Notes: generated by a model from the letters alone, not told the origin. A stretch of 64,000 nt of DNA from Octopus vulgaris (GCA_951406725.2 OX597820.1:84816001-84880000); one strand, 5' to 3'. Positions 27,523 through 42,830 are shown, counted from the stretch's first letter. Numbers and translations are program-made.

Positions 27523-29674
27523 CATTCACAAGAACGTTAATAATGATAATAATAAATTTAGTATCAATTCGAATTGTCAAATCTTCTGTGAATTAATAAT
27601 TTCTTGAAGATGTTCGAAAGCACAAACTTTACTCTTTCATATACAAGAAACATTTGAAGCATCATTCCAAATCGCAAAACTAAGATCACTTCCAGAAGCT
27701 GATAAGAGATGAAGATACATAACTGATAGCAAATGGAGGAGATATTTATCAAATTGAAAAACTACACAACTACAAAAGACTATAAAGTACAGCCGATAGT
27801 GTAATATAGAACAATTCTAAACACTACCGCAAAGAGAATTCATACCACTGCAAAACGCTTTTTAATGTAAAACTCGGAGGTGTATCTGTTTATTTTTCTG
27901 ATAGTAAATGTAACCGAAGAAATTAGTTCTGAAAATCTGTTATCCGCCTCATAATTACAAGTAATAGAATTTTCTACTGCTTCTGTCACATATTTTGACG
28001 TTTCCTGACTGTAATGACCAGCACCATTCATACTGGTTCACTCAAAGTAACACCGACATGTTTTTCTACATTTTTTATTACCACATTCATTGAAATTATT
28101 TCTACATTACTATTTATACTTTACTTTCGTGTATTTCTGCTAGTCTGTTTTTACTTTCATCCTCTACCTCATCTTCTCTCGTTTACAAATAACCTCCTTA
28201 AGCACAATGCACAGCAAGTGTACCAATTAAGATCTAAAATCGTCACCACATAAACATCTTACTAACGTATGGCCCTAAAATTATGGCACTCACCCACATC
28301 TACATAAAGTTGGAGAGATAGCCTTACCTACTTAGATAAACAGTTGCAGGCTTATTACAAATGACATTATAAGCAGCATTACAAAACTCTAGCAGAAAAA
28401 CATTTAATATAGCTGAATTTTGCAATATAGCATCATGCTAGAAACTCGTAAGCAATGATGTAAAATATCATCACATAATAAAATGCCATTAATATAACCT
28501 GAAATAGAGTGACAAGTCGGATATAATTCCATACCTCTTAGGGATCTCTCATATTGGGATCATTATAAAATCATCTCCTTGGCGATGAGATCGATTCACA
28601 AATCTGTAGGAAATATTAATGAAGAAAATAAACACCCGACTAATCGACACCTTCAAGGAAAAGAAAGATTGTGTTTCGAAGTTTTAACCCAATTTTTAGC
28701 CCAAAGGTCTCGTGGTTTCATGCCTCCCCAAAACAGAGACGTGAAAGATCCCATTAAAAAGGCAACTGTAAAAAATAGCCCTTTACACAGGTTACAGTCA
28801 AAACAAGATAAAAATGGACTAGGGAGGAAAACATGGAAGGATATGTTACGAGAAATAAGACTAGTGTAATCAATACTTTATTATACGTATTTCGACTCGT
28901 AGGTTTAGCATCATAAAATGCTCCACCAGGGAGATTATGATACTAAAATATTGCCTGACATTTAACATTGTGTATAAACGTAATGTTAAAACAAATTTAA
29001 TGCTTTTATTTACTTGGCTTCCATCTCATAATTTTAAATCTAGATTATATAATCATATTTATGTATATAGAAGGAGAGATAAACCGAAAGTAACATTTCT
29101 TTCTGCGAAGTTCTAGAATATTCATTGAAAGTGAAACATCACTAGGTAGGCTAAGATTTATGCTAGTGATAAATGTGGTTGCTATCTCAGCTGTTTGGAA
29201 TTATTGCGAAGCTTAAATTGCACACGTGATGTTATCAATAGATCATATGAAATAAGGATCAAATACCCGCATTCTCTCCGTAGAACTCTCCCGCGCTTTA
29301 GCTAGATTCTATAAAGTCATCATCGGGTGAAATATACGTATGCATAACACTACTCTATACACCTTAATTACTTGTAATAACATTTATGGACTATATTTAG
29401 ATTGCCGAGCGTAATTCCATATTTTAATACTAATAACTGGTTTTATTTAAGGAGTATGAATGAGGCGGATCAATTAAGCGTAGGTGAAAATATTTCAAAA
29501 CCGCCTTCTCATACTTAATCTCATACTTAATTGAACATGAACGTTTGATTGATTTTTTATATAAATAAAAGATACACGGTTGCATCTATATATATCGATC
29601 CATCTCTCTATCTGCTCATCTCTCATCATCCAATTTACTTTTATATAAATAAATATACATATATACATACATAC

Positions 29675-29746
<72 letters not shown>

Positions 29747-32116
29747 ATATACCGTGTATGCATGTATACAAAAAAACCGCGGATCCTATCCAAATATTTA
29801 AAAGTGCTATGGATATTCAAATTGAAAACAAAACATAAGTGCTGAGTGTTTTACTTTAATTTGCATTATCTATATTTTGAGGCATTATTTACGTGTAGAC
29901 GTCAAGTCATGACTTTATACCTTTCCATGCGAAGCAAAACTGCACTATATTATATAACAATTTATATCTTTCAACATAGACCAGGAGAAAAAATTTTAAT
30001 TTTGAATGAAGTGATACTGAAAACTGTAAATACATATCCAATTTAAAATCTTAGTCTAAATGTTATCGTGAAAGTGATTTATAGATATATTGGTAGTTGC
30101 ACGGTTATTCCTTTATTTATTTATGATGATTCACAGACACACATACCTGTGGACTTGGAATAAAATACAATTCAAATGTTTTAATAAATTCTGTAAACAA
30201 AATGCTGTTTTCAATAACATTTTGGACAGGATTTGTAAATTGAGTTGAAATAATTAAAATGAAAGAAAAAAATTTTAAAATGATATAAAGTCCTTTCCTG
30301 CAATAAAATAAATTGAAATTGAACATTTTTTTTCTATTAGTTACATTTCAAAATGAAGCAGCAGTTTTATTTTTATTTCATATTCTGAAAAATTAAAATA
30401 TTTTTCGATGTTTCTTTTTCAGCAAACCTTATTTGAAAACAGTTTTCTTGGAACAAGCTTTAATCATTCGCTTTGAAAATTTGTTCCCCGTCTGTCAGAG
30501 TATGACTGCTAATTCAATTCTTTCTTGAATGTTTCGACTTGAGTAGCTGAAGATCTCAATGTCAGCAATATTTTGAAGAATGATTTGAAGTCGGTAACAA
30601 TGACTAGCTTCAATTTTAAAATGAATCATCAATTGGGTTATTGATCAAGTAATCCTACATTAAGTTAAACGAATTCTCCTATTATAAAAAATACACAATG
30701 AATCAGCAGAAAAACAAAAAAAAAAATAATGATGATGAATAAAACAAAATAAATACTAATACTAACAATAATAGTAATGTTATGATGAAAAGCAACAAAA
30801 GGAAGAAGCATAGAATAAAAATAATAAAAATAAACATAATTTACATTTTTTTAAATATATAATTAAAAACAGAAAGAGGTATAAAGAAATGGATTAAAGT
30901 AACATGGCGAAGGCTTGCAATAAGAGAGAATAATAGAAACCATTGTACTGATGTTTTGACTTGCACAGATTGTTAATCGAAATCAGATGTACAGCACATT
31001 AGTGGAAGTAGAAAATATGCCACTAAATGCGAATAATTTAAATGTTCATATAATTACAACATTACTTTTAGATATCTCTTTGTAGCAAATTCATTAAACT
31101 AGTAATTTTATATTCAAAATCAAATGACTTTAATGAAACTCTGTTGCGATTTTAAAACGTGACAAATTTTAGTCCAGTATATATGTTTTTGTCATATGAA
31201 GACCGCATTGCTCATTGAAACCGGAAAATGCGAAATAATGAAAGTAGTTCGGCAAGCTTAAGTCTGGGAGTGGTTTTCCGATAACATTTCGATGCTGTTT
31301 CGTGGAATTTTATTGATACCTGTAATGTTATTGAAAATGTTACAAACGCCATAATGTATAAGTTAGCATGTAGTGACATAAATATCAAATAAGATCTCTA
31401 TTTACAATAATACGTCATAGAACAGAAAATTACTCAACTTTAACAAAATGAGTTACTGATATTACTGAGTAACTCAAGAGTTTTTAGTACTTTCGTTGCT
31501 CACAAGTCGTTCTGGTACAAGTTTATAAGCAAAATTCTGAAAATATTCAGAGAACATGTTTGTAATTGTATGGCATCTAAGGCATACTCATGACACAAAG
31601 ATGAGATAACTATTATATATTTTACACAACTTTATGCATATTCTTGTGTAATGGATACTAGGCTGTACACGGAGAAATATAAATACACTAAATGAAAGAC
31701 AAATATATTTGCCTGTGCATAAATGTGCTCGTACGAATGTGTTAATATTTATCTCCTGGCGGCTTTATTAAATTTTCCATATGTCACGAAAAGGAGAAAG
31801 CGTTTTATATTTAATACCATGCAATAGTTAGTTCTTCACTAACGAATGTAAACCTCCTCTTCATTATTTTGTTAAAACGTATTCTGTATTTTATAAATTG
31901 ACAAAATAAATCACTGTTCTGCATTGACAGTGGACATACGGTTTCATAGTCTTTAAAATGTAACATAATTACAAAACTAATTGAAAATATTTTAAAATGA
32001 CACATCTCTGTATTGCATCCGGCAAAAATACAAATTTAATTAAAATGTTTTTTTTTAGTTTTCAAAATAGCCGAAATCACAATGACCTTAATTTTTCTCC
32101 TCGTTTCTCCTCCTAG

Positions 32117-32180
32117 ATGTTGATGCTGTTTAACTCCAACTCAATTGAGATCGTATCGTATTCTGGCCGTATTCTATTAG
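32117..32180 (+). other. Candidate 64-nt exon
   Basis: Branch-like cttaat, pyrimidine tract tttttctcctcgtttctcctcc, tag acceptor (32114-32116), and consensus donor AG|gtaagt (32181-32186). Confidence 0.45.
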
Positions 32181-33524
32181 GTAAGTACTGAGTAAATATA
32201 TAAGCTAAATGATTTAAAGTGTCATCCGAAATGGCTATGATTGGAAGGAAATTTAATTTCTGTCTTGCGTTCGTCAAGTAAAAATGTCTATGCTACATTG
32301 TTGGATTTGAATTTCAGTACGTTGGCCTATTATACTGAATTAATAAAATAAAATAGATACAATCAAAGACAAAGAGCAACGCATTGACAAGTGGAATATG
32401 CCATGTGTAAATCTAAGTGAGGTCCGTACAGTGATGTGTCGCATAGTAATACTTCTGGTGTTATTTAAATATTTAAGACATTACAAAACCTGCATGGAAA
32501 ACATTTCACTTGATCAAATATAAATAAGTACCCTGTTTTTCGGAAAGGCATTAAGATTCACTAAATTCACAGCTATTTATTAATTTTTGAATTACTATTA
32601 CTCTCTTTCTATAATCGATTTGTGAGCACCCATCTTTCTGACAAATTTGAGAGATTCCGTGACCAGGAAAATAATTACAGTGTGACTCAGCGCTAATGCA
32701 TGGAATAGATTTCTCTGTGCTAAATTTCTAACAAAAAGGTGTCCTTAATGTGTATAATGATTTTGCAAAATATGAAATCACAAATACATTAACAGAAAAA
32801 ATGTTAGGTAGTGTTAAGTGAGTGAAACCTCGGTATGAACCTTGCTAAGTTCATATCAAGTTATCAGATATCTTTCTAACATAAGTTTCGTAGTAAATAT
32901 ATAGTGAACACTAACTAGATATCAAAATAGAAACTTTATTCAAAGTATATAATTGTCATGTTACAGACAGATGCCTTCTATTAAACAGAAACCTGTATCA
33001 AAATATTTCTGTATAAAATTGAAGCATTCCTTTTGTGACACCATTTAGAATTGTATAAGCGTCAAAGCTTTGAAGAAGAAGCGGGACACGGATTTTTTAA
33101 ATAAAAAGTAAAGCAATATTATAAAATTCGAAAGGCTTCATAAACCGAAATAACATGTTTGTAGGAAACAGGAGAAAATGTAAAAGAAATCTGGAGGACA
33201 TGCAAAAAGAAAACAAAAAAAAACAATGATTCAGTAGAGAAAAAATATATAAATATTACAGAAGTTCAGAACTAGAATTATTACTCAAAACTAAAACAAC
33301 CCACATACAAAAGTGTTATGGGCGCAAGAGTATTTTGTATTCCTAAAATTTCATAGCAAATGTTATAAACGTTCTACATTTTCCATTGCAGCACAATAAC
33401 ACGTGGTTTTATACATCGGTTGCAGGTTTAGCGTGCAAATATGGGTAAATTATTTACACTTTTCCTCAGTGAAATGTTTGAGCATAAACATATCTATTTC
33501 TCTTTCTCTCTGTCTGTCTGTCTA

Positions 33525-33604
<80 letters not shown>

Positions 33605-33734
33605 ATAGTAAAGAGTGAAAAAACGACAGAAGGCTTAAATGTTAAAAATATATATATATTTGCGTCAATATGTCTGAAGAATATTAGACAATTTTTAAAA
33701 AAAAATGTTCTCCTCTTATAATGACATAATTTAA

Positions 33735-33773
33735 AAGAAAGACCGGTTTCGCGTGTAGCTTTTCAAATTTCTT
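33735..33773 (-). ncRNA. Minimal type I hammerhead ribozyme, U3:A8 core variant
   Basis: Minus strand: aagaaa-t-TTGAAAA-gc tacac gc-GAAA-ccgg-TC-tttctt. 6-bp stem I, 2-bp stem II, palindromic ccgg stem III, GUC triplet; ~110 nt after the ORF stop. Confidence 0.7.
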
Positions 33774-33882
33774 GTGACGTTATGTTTATGTTGAATAGAG
33801 TTATCGTTGTGTTTATGTTCCGGAGAGTTCTAAATAAGGGGAGGTAGTGGGTGATTTCTTCCGGTGTAAGGGAGATAATCGC

Positions 33883-35577
33883 TTAAAAATTAAAATTTTT
33901 TTTTTCCTTTCCCTGATGTGAATTTCTCTGTATCAGTATGTTCGGATGGTTGAGTCTGGGCTTGTACTTTTCAATGAAGAATGTTTCCTTGTTTAGTCTA
34001 ATTTGTGTTGATGATCCGAAAGCACATTGGTAAAATGGAAAGATTAAAAATTGTGGTAGTAGTTGTTTTGCGCATTTCTCAATGTGCTCACTAAAAGGTA
34101 TCATTCTATATTCTAGGAATGCAATCTCTTGTCGATGCAGTGTGCATCTACGTCTGAGTGATAGTCCCGTAGAACCCACGTAGTCTTGGTGGCAGCCCGA
34201 GCATTTTATGACATAAATTATGTTTTGAGATGCACAAGTAAAGTTAGATTTGATCTTGAATTTCTGTCCCTCTTTAAAGAGGAATTCTGATCCTTCTAGC
34301 AGATTAGGACATGTTGCACAGTTCGATCTACCACATTTTTTTTACTTTTGCATCCGTAATTTCAGAAGACAATTTTGCCTTTGTGAGAATCTTTTTAAGT
34401 GATTTAGGCTGTTTGTAGCTTTTAATGATTTGATGTATGTTTAGAATTTCCTTTAATTTGGGGTTTTTATGAAATATTGTTAAATTCTGGGTGATGATGG
34501 TGAAGGCTTCTTTGTTTCTGGGGTTGTATGTAGATATGTAAGGTAGTATTTTCGGGGAAGGTGTGTTGTTGTGTTGAACTTTTCTTAAAGTTTCTATGTT
34601 GATTTCTGTTGCACGTCTGATCCCATCCTCTATGAGTTGAGCTGGGTAATGTCTGTCAATTAGGGTGTTTTTGAGTTCTTGCAGTCTAAAGTTCCTGGTA
34701 TTTTGTTCTGACACTATTGTGCATATCCTTCTTGCAAGGTTGAAGGGGATGTTTGTTTTAGTGTTTCTTGGGTGGCATGAATCAAAAAGAAGGTATTGTT
34801 TGGCGTCTGTGGCTTTGTAAAACATGTCTGTTTCCATTTTAAGGTTAATTTTTTTAATTAGTATATCCAAGAACGGGAGCTCCTTTTGGTTGTATTCCAT
34901 TGTGAACTTTATATTTGGGTTTATGCTGTTCAATAGGTTTTTAAATTTTAGGAGTTTATCTGTGTTTTCATTCCAGAGAATAAAACAATCGTCTAAGAAT
35001 CGTTTCCAATTCTGTTTTATGTATTGAGAGAGGGGGTTTCCAAAGATTGATAAAGATTCCTGGTAAATGATTATTTCCATGTATCCCATTGTTAAGTTCG
35101 CAATGACTGGTGCTGCCCTTGTACCCATAGCAATTCCTGATTTTTGACGGTAAAATGTATTGTCAAACATGAAGTGGTTATTGTGTAGGATGAATTCAAT
35201 TGATTTAGTAATGAATTCTTTACTGATCCTTTTTGGTATTTCTTCCGGAAGTTGGTCTAACCAGAACTGTATTGCCTCCAGTCCATAATTATGAGGTATA
35301 CTGGTATACAAGTTAACTACATCAAATGAAACCAGGATTGTTTCTTCCTTGGCTTTTTTTGGAAGGTGGTTTAACATATCTAAGTCATCTCTGATATGGC
35401 TATCGATATGTTTAAGGAAGGGTTTCAGGAGGATGTCCATAAGTAGACTTAGTCTGTGTGTTTCACAGGTTGGGCCAGCTACAATGGGTCGTAGTTTTAG
35501 ATCCCCCGTGTTAGGTGTGTGCATGTATGTCTTTGGTGATTTTTTATTGGTTTCATTTATAATTTGACTTTTATGAA

Positions 35578-35580
<3 letters not shown>
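33883..35580 (-). pseudogene. Penelope reverse transcriptase - GIY-YIG endonuclease, N-truncated, one frameshift
   Basis: [45 protein letters not shown]. Removing one base from the 8-nt run at 34336-34343 continues into [49 protein letters not shown]. Confidence 0.93.
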
Positions 35581-35663
<83 letters not shown>

Positions 35664-36530
35664 GAGAGAAAGAGAGAGATGAATAGAAAATGGATAGATA
35701 AATAAATATTCAAATACACGTAAAAATACATGTATTCATATATTGTGCAAACATGCTCTGTATATATACATAAGTATATGTATAGAATGCAGGAATTAGG
35801 AATGGAGCAGAAAAGATTTCGTATCTTATTTGGAGTAGCACCTAAAATATCAGCAAATTCCATAGTCTCATAGTATTCAAGGTCATGAGGTACTAAACCT
35901 AGTATCCATGCAGCAACTTTTGTTACTATTTCCAACTACAACATTTGTAGTCCTCATATTTTTGAATGATAGAGTGCAACACATTAGTTACGCCTAATTG
36001 AGTGTGTATTTATTTTTCTGAGATGTCACATTTTCTCACTATGATTCCATGTGTAAAATTAAGGGAAATAAGTATAATATAATATATATGCTAATGAGTT
36101 TGCTGGTGATTCCCGGTTAACTCGCTTCCATTCAGTGAGAGGGGACCTGTTATGTGTGTGAATAACGCTTTTAATATCATCATCGTGATTAAATTAAATG
36201 TATTGCTGTTGGGGTAAATGAACTGTTAGCTGTTGAATTGCTGGATATCAACCATGTTATTTGAACTCTAAAATCCTCCAGACTGCGTCTGATAAGGATA
36301 CATGGGGGCAATTTATATAATTTTCAGTTTCATCTTTGTGTGTTAGTCGTGCATTCGTTTGTCTACAAACATTTTCTGAATCATTTTCAATATGAACAAC
36401 ATATGACAATGGGGTAGTGCATGCTTTTGAAACTCTATAGTCTACATGTACTCTGCAACCTCTCCCAAAATATTCTTCTCCAAAATGTCATGCAAGAGAG
36501 ACCTCAGTTTCATTTTAAATACTCTGTCAG

Positions 36531-36657
36531 ATACCTCTTGTCTATCAGCCGGTGTCTGTCCTGGATAAAGTTCGTCTGTGATGCCGATGGAGCAGCGAAA
36601 ATTCTAACACATATGAAAATTAAATTACGGTATTGTACTTCCATATTATATTCTCTG
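36531..36657 (+). other. Candidate 127-nt exon
   Basis: ctctgtcag acceptor and CTG|gtaagt donor; acceptor pyrimidine tract is weak. Confidence 0.25.
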
Positions 36658-37569
36658 GTAAGTAAATAAAGTCACTCTCAGGAGAAATTTCCGCAGGCTG
36701 CGTTTTACATCGTGTTTCCATTATGCGAGGGTAGTTTTTTATGTGGTGAGTTTAATGGTATGGTCCGTGTTACAGGGGTCAGTAGTTAGAGGCTATCCGC
36801 TATTTAATAGATATAGCATTATAAAAGGATTTGGCGGAAATTACTTAAATTGAACCTGCGAGGGGAAATTTAATACATAAGTATATCAATGAGAGAAAAA
36901 TGGGTACAACATTAGTGCGATGTTATTATGTGTTACTGATTGAGTGAAACCTAATTCCAATATCCCTATGTGTGGCGGGGTAAAGACAAAGTCAACCCTA
37001 CAACCAAATTGGTCAGCTGATATTTCAAAACAATGGCGTTGTTCAGTTCCGTTAAGACTATCAATGTATTACAAGGCAAGTAAGACAACATAATAAAAAT
37101 AAAATATAAATAAATATAAATATAAATATGAGAATATTTAAGGCAATGAATAGCCTAGGAGTTCATTACTAATGAATGCGCTATGGAGAGTACTTACGGA
37201 TATGTAAATAATGTTTTATATGAATATATCTGAGATACATATCTAATTAACAACTAATTGTCTGCACAAGTGAAGTAGAAGAAGAGGCGATTGGTTGAAA
37301 AGTAAACAAATGATAAACAGACGCTAATCGGTAAGTAGTTTGATAGAATATTAGCATACTGAATTGTTTGTTGATTGTTTATCCTCTCCATTTGCTTATC
37401 TGCCTTATAAATACTGTGTATATTTCTAATTCCGCCCCCATATTCAGTATTCAATTACGATGCTGCCATGCAATAGTAAGCACTTGATTATAAATGTGTA
37501 GGTACATCTCCAGTTGTATATTGGATATTTAATATCCCTTACATGGTTTTTTAACTTCTAATTCATACA

Positions 37570-37974
37570 GACGCAGGAGTGACTGTGTGGTAAGTAGCTT
37601 GCTTACCAACAACATGTTTCCGGGTTCAGTCCCACAGCGTGGAATCTGGGGCAAGTGTCTTCTGCTATAGCCTCGGGCCTACCAATGCCTTGTGAGTGGA
37701 TTTGGTAGACGGAAACTGAAAGAAGCCTGTCGTATATGCGTATATATGTGGGTGTATATGTTTGTGTGTCTGTGTTTGTCTCCCTAGCATTGCTTGACAA
37801 CCAATGGTGGTGAGTTTAGGTCCACGTCACTTAGCGGTTCGGCAAAAGTGACCGATAGAATAAGTACTGGGCTTACAAAGAATAAGTCCCTGGGTCGATT
37901 TGCTCAACTAAAGGCGGTGCTCCAGCATGACAGCAGTCAAATGACTGAATCAAGTCAAAGAGAGTAAAAGAGAG

Positions 37975-37975
<1 letters not shown>
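37570..37975 (+). mobile_element. SINE family 1, near full length
   Basis: A-box-like tgactgtgtgg, B-box ggttcagtcc, internal (TG/TA) tract, tail ..ggtcgatttgctcaactaaaggcggtgctccagc.., then (TA)n. Confidence 0.9.
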
Positions 37976-38020
<45 letters not shown>

Positions 38021-38084
38021 GTATTATATTCATAAACGACCGCACTCCTGAAATTCACATTTAGAACAGATATTAAGCACATTA

Positions 38085-38673
<589 letters not shown>

Positions 38674-39772
38674 AGATACAAAGCAAATTATTATGAAATG
38701 TGGAAAGCATAATTGTAATTGATTAAGAATAAATTTTATAAGAAACAGTAAGAAAAGAATCAACCGCACCAGTATCAAAATCTCAACAATAAGTTAAGAC
38801 AACGACTAAACTACTATCCATCAACACCATCACCACCACAACCACAACGACCACCACCACCACCACCAACAACAACAACAACTTTAACAGCAATAACAAG
38901 GAGAATAACTAGATTACCTAAAACGTGAACAAGAGCAGACGCAATAGCAACAGTAATTACTATTATAATAATGGTTATAGTAAAAGTAGTGATATAAATG
39001 GCGATAATCATTTTCTCCTATATTCTTTCCCCTTTGTCTTCTATTTTCTTTTCAAAATATAAATCATTTAATGGAATTTGAATTCTTACCGAATTATTTT
39101 TAGTTCAGAAAACATATTCAGCAAAATCATGGCGGCTGAAAAATGTCGCTAAGAGATGTGAGCATAAGTGAGTTAAGAGAATGAATAAGATAACATATTA
39201 CTGAAAGCAGACTTAACAAATATATCTTTTAAAAGAAATATGGGAAGTGGATCCGCAATCCTTGACTTAATAAATAGAAATTCAGGTGCTTAAAGATTAT
39301 TCAGCTGAAAGAATTATCGATTACCTACAAAGTGTGATTTTGGTTATAAACGTTTGCTTTGTATATTACTTTTGTTCTTTTTGATTATGAAAGTTATCTT
39401 TTTTTTCTTTAGTTTCATTGCTATTCGTACTGTTGATTACGATGAAGCTGATGACGAATGTAGTTTTGGTTTCACTACTGTTCTGTTGCAGATATGGAAT
39501 ATGATGAGAGTGGTGAAGAGGTAGGGAATTATGAAGGAGTGGAGGACGATGATGATAAGGTGGCGATGATGATGCATAATCTTATTTGTTTCAGCTATTA
39601 ATGGTGAAAATAGAGGTTAATATACAGATTTCAAAGTTTCACATCTTTCGAAGTGCAGTAAAAGTGAACTATATAAATTGACAAGAAGGGTAGCATGACA
39701 CACCTACGCATTTATACATACATATAACTATATATACATATATGTATACGTGTATTTATATATATATTTATC

Positions 39773-39822
<50 letters not shown>

Positions 39823-40092
39823 TTTATATGTATGTATATATATATATATTTACATATATACCATTGCAGCGTGGAAGGTGTTTATAAGCCATTTAAGAAA
39901 CACACAAATACCGTTAGATTCACTTAAACATTTAAATTTAATTTGCGAAATATTTTCTTCGCTTTCAGACTGCGACCTGTTCACTGACAAAACTCCGTGC
40001 TGCAATTGTTTTCGTTCCAGCACACGATCTCTGATCAAGTCACTCGCTATGCAAGTACATCTCTGTATATATATACATATATACATACATAT

Positions 40093-40259
<167 letters not shown>

Positions 40260-40261
40260 TA

Positions 40262-40385
40262 GGGGCAGGCGTAGCTGTTTGGTAAGAAGCTTGCTTCCCA
40301 ACCACATGATACCGGGTTCAGTCCCACTGCGTTTCACATTGGAACTAGTGAGTGGATTTAGAAGATGGGAACTGAAAGAAGAGTA
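40262..40385 (+). mobile_element. SINE family 1, deleted 5' part
   Basis: ggtaagaagcttgcttcccaaccacatg..gggttcagtcccactgcg..gtgagtggattt. Confidence 0.8.
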
Positions 40386-40416
40386 TACATACATATATAT
40401 AGTAAAAATGAGCCAT

Positions 40417-41184
40417 TTTGCAGGAAAATTCATAAATCCTTTAATGCATTGGTACTTACATTTCTATAAACCTCGAGATTTAGTTGCTGTTATTTTCCAT
40501 CGATCGAATATTAAAAAAAGGATTTCCGGTATCCAGAGATTTTAATGAGAATCCTTTTACATGTGTTCATTTCTTCAGGTAGGTAAATAACTGCATTAGT
40601 GTTCTGGCTATATCGAATGTTTAGCTTGAGGATATTTAGTAATTTACACCATCTGACATCCAAACAAACTCATGCTCCCTTTTCTCACTCTGCAGCGATC
40701 GGATTAAAATCACACGCTCAATGCTCCCCACTCACAACCCACATACACTGTACTGAAACCTAGAAAATATATGGCTGTTATCTTTCCACTCTTGTATTCA
40801 TGATTTATTCTCTATTTTTTCTTCCTACTACTCACTCGTCCTCTTGCACACAACTAAATACAAAGAAAGGTAATACATATAACCACACTCCTATATTGCT
40901 TATATATATTTATGTATTATCAGTCAAATTAGTCATAGGAGCCGTCCACAAACCCCAAAAAACTTTCTGATTGGTTTATCCCTTAGCTAAACATTAAATA
41001 TAGCCGGAATTCTAATGTGAATGTTTTGCCTGAAGAAACGAACAAATAAACTGAAATATACTTTACAATCCCTAGATATTGGAAATCATTTCTGTATTAT
41101 CCTATGGATCAGGAAATTAGCAATTAAATCATGAGGTTTGTTTAAACTTAAGGCATTATAGTATTTATGAATTTCTATCCAAAA
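40417..41184. repeat. Old ~210-bp inverted repeat pair, each arm containing CTGAAGA
   Basis: Reverse complement of 40417-40635 aligns with 40976-41184 (agctaaacatt..atatagcc..cctgaagaaa.gaaca..ggaaatc..agcaa.taaatc..gaggttt..atttatgaattt). Confidence 0.7.
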
Positions 41185-41359
41185 TTTCTTATTATTACTG
41201 TATTCATCGGACGCTATATCTGCACCAGACTAGTAACTATTCTATAAAAAAGTACTCAGAATGAGGGGAATAATAACCGTTGGGCAGAATAAATTACACA
41301 GGAGCTTTTTCTGAGAGCACTCAAAAAGATTTCACACAAAAGAACTTAAAGGATATATA

Positions 41360-41945
<586 letters not shown>

Positions 41946-42379
41946 ATCGTTCACCTACAGTACTTATTGAATAATATTCTTCCGGTCGCAATTTACTCAC
42001 ATGTTGTATCTTTCAGAGCTTGTAGCTAATTCCGTTCTTAAACAAATTGAAAACTCTTAGCATATTTGAGGATGACCGGTCCCTAGCTATATTTCGCCAT
42101 AAAGAAATTGACAGTTGATCGAGTAGAAAATAATTTACATCAAAATTTGTAGAAACGTTAGAGAAGAGTAAGTAAAACCAACAATCAAGTTTAGATCCAA
42201 AGAACTTTTTTTTATTTTAAAAGCAACATATATTTATCTTAGCTTCATTGATAAAAGAAATCATGAATAATTTTATAGTTTTGTTCCCATGCAACAAAAG
42301 TTTGTATCAAATAGGCTGTGAGGTAACATATCATGAGAAAATATAAGGCAAAAAATTGGATTTAAATATAATTATCTTT

Positions 42380-42830
42380 TTGAAAACAAACTGTTTTTTA
42401 ATTAAGATTAAATGATAGAGCTCAATTCAAGGAAGTGTGTGGTATCAATCTCATGCAAACAACTTTTACAACAAAATAGTTATGAGTGTTCGTTTCCCAA
42501 ATTTGTGGGCGATAATATTGTTCTACACATTTTTATGAATACAGATCTGAAAGGGGAATTTTAATATATATCACCGGCGTCATTGCGGTCTGGAAAAAAG
42601 GATCAATGACACCGCTAACTGAGACATTTAACATATTATTAATTAGCATAAACGAATAGCCTAGAAAAAACACGGATTACATGGGAAAATGCAAGAAACA
42701 AAAATAATATTCTTAAGATTATAAACCTGGACAATTACAGGATAAGTTATTACACTTGGAAACGTTCAGGACAACTTATTATATCTGGTGAAGTACAGAA
42801 CAAGAAAAATTTTACTTAAAATATTGCAGC
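42380..42830 (+). mobile_element. Possible pogo/Tigger transposase remnant
   Basis: Weak motifs in the expected order: FKEVCGI, MNTDLKGEF (cf. IFNxDETGLF), GKK. Confidence 0.3.

Larger units (their letters stand above)
33603..35580 (-). mobile_element. Penelope-like retroelement, 5'-truncated, with 3' pLTR-like tail
   Basis: RT + GIY-YIG coding region followed by a tail with a hammerhead; flanked by (TA)n at 35581-35660 and (TC)n(TA)n(GA)n at ~33530-33602. Confidence 0.95.

Noticed and set aside
27560-28900. Possible ancient Penelope RT remnant (DYKVQPIV, LTYLD)
   Set aside because: Only two weak motifs.
30100-30700. Possible hAT transposase remnant
   Set aside because: No diagnostic motif or TIR found.
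33530-33602. Self-complementary (TC)n(TA)n(GA)n hairpin
   Set aside because: Common compound microsatellite; no evidence of function.
35581-35935. N-terminal ~118 aa of the 535-aa ORF as a novel fusion to the RT
   Set aside because: Read-through across (TA)n (YIYIYI) into unrelated flank; Penelope homology stops at ~35580.
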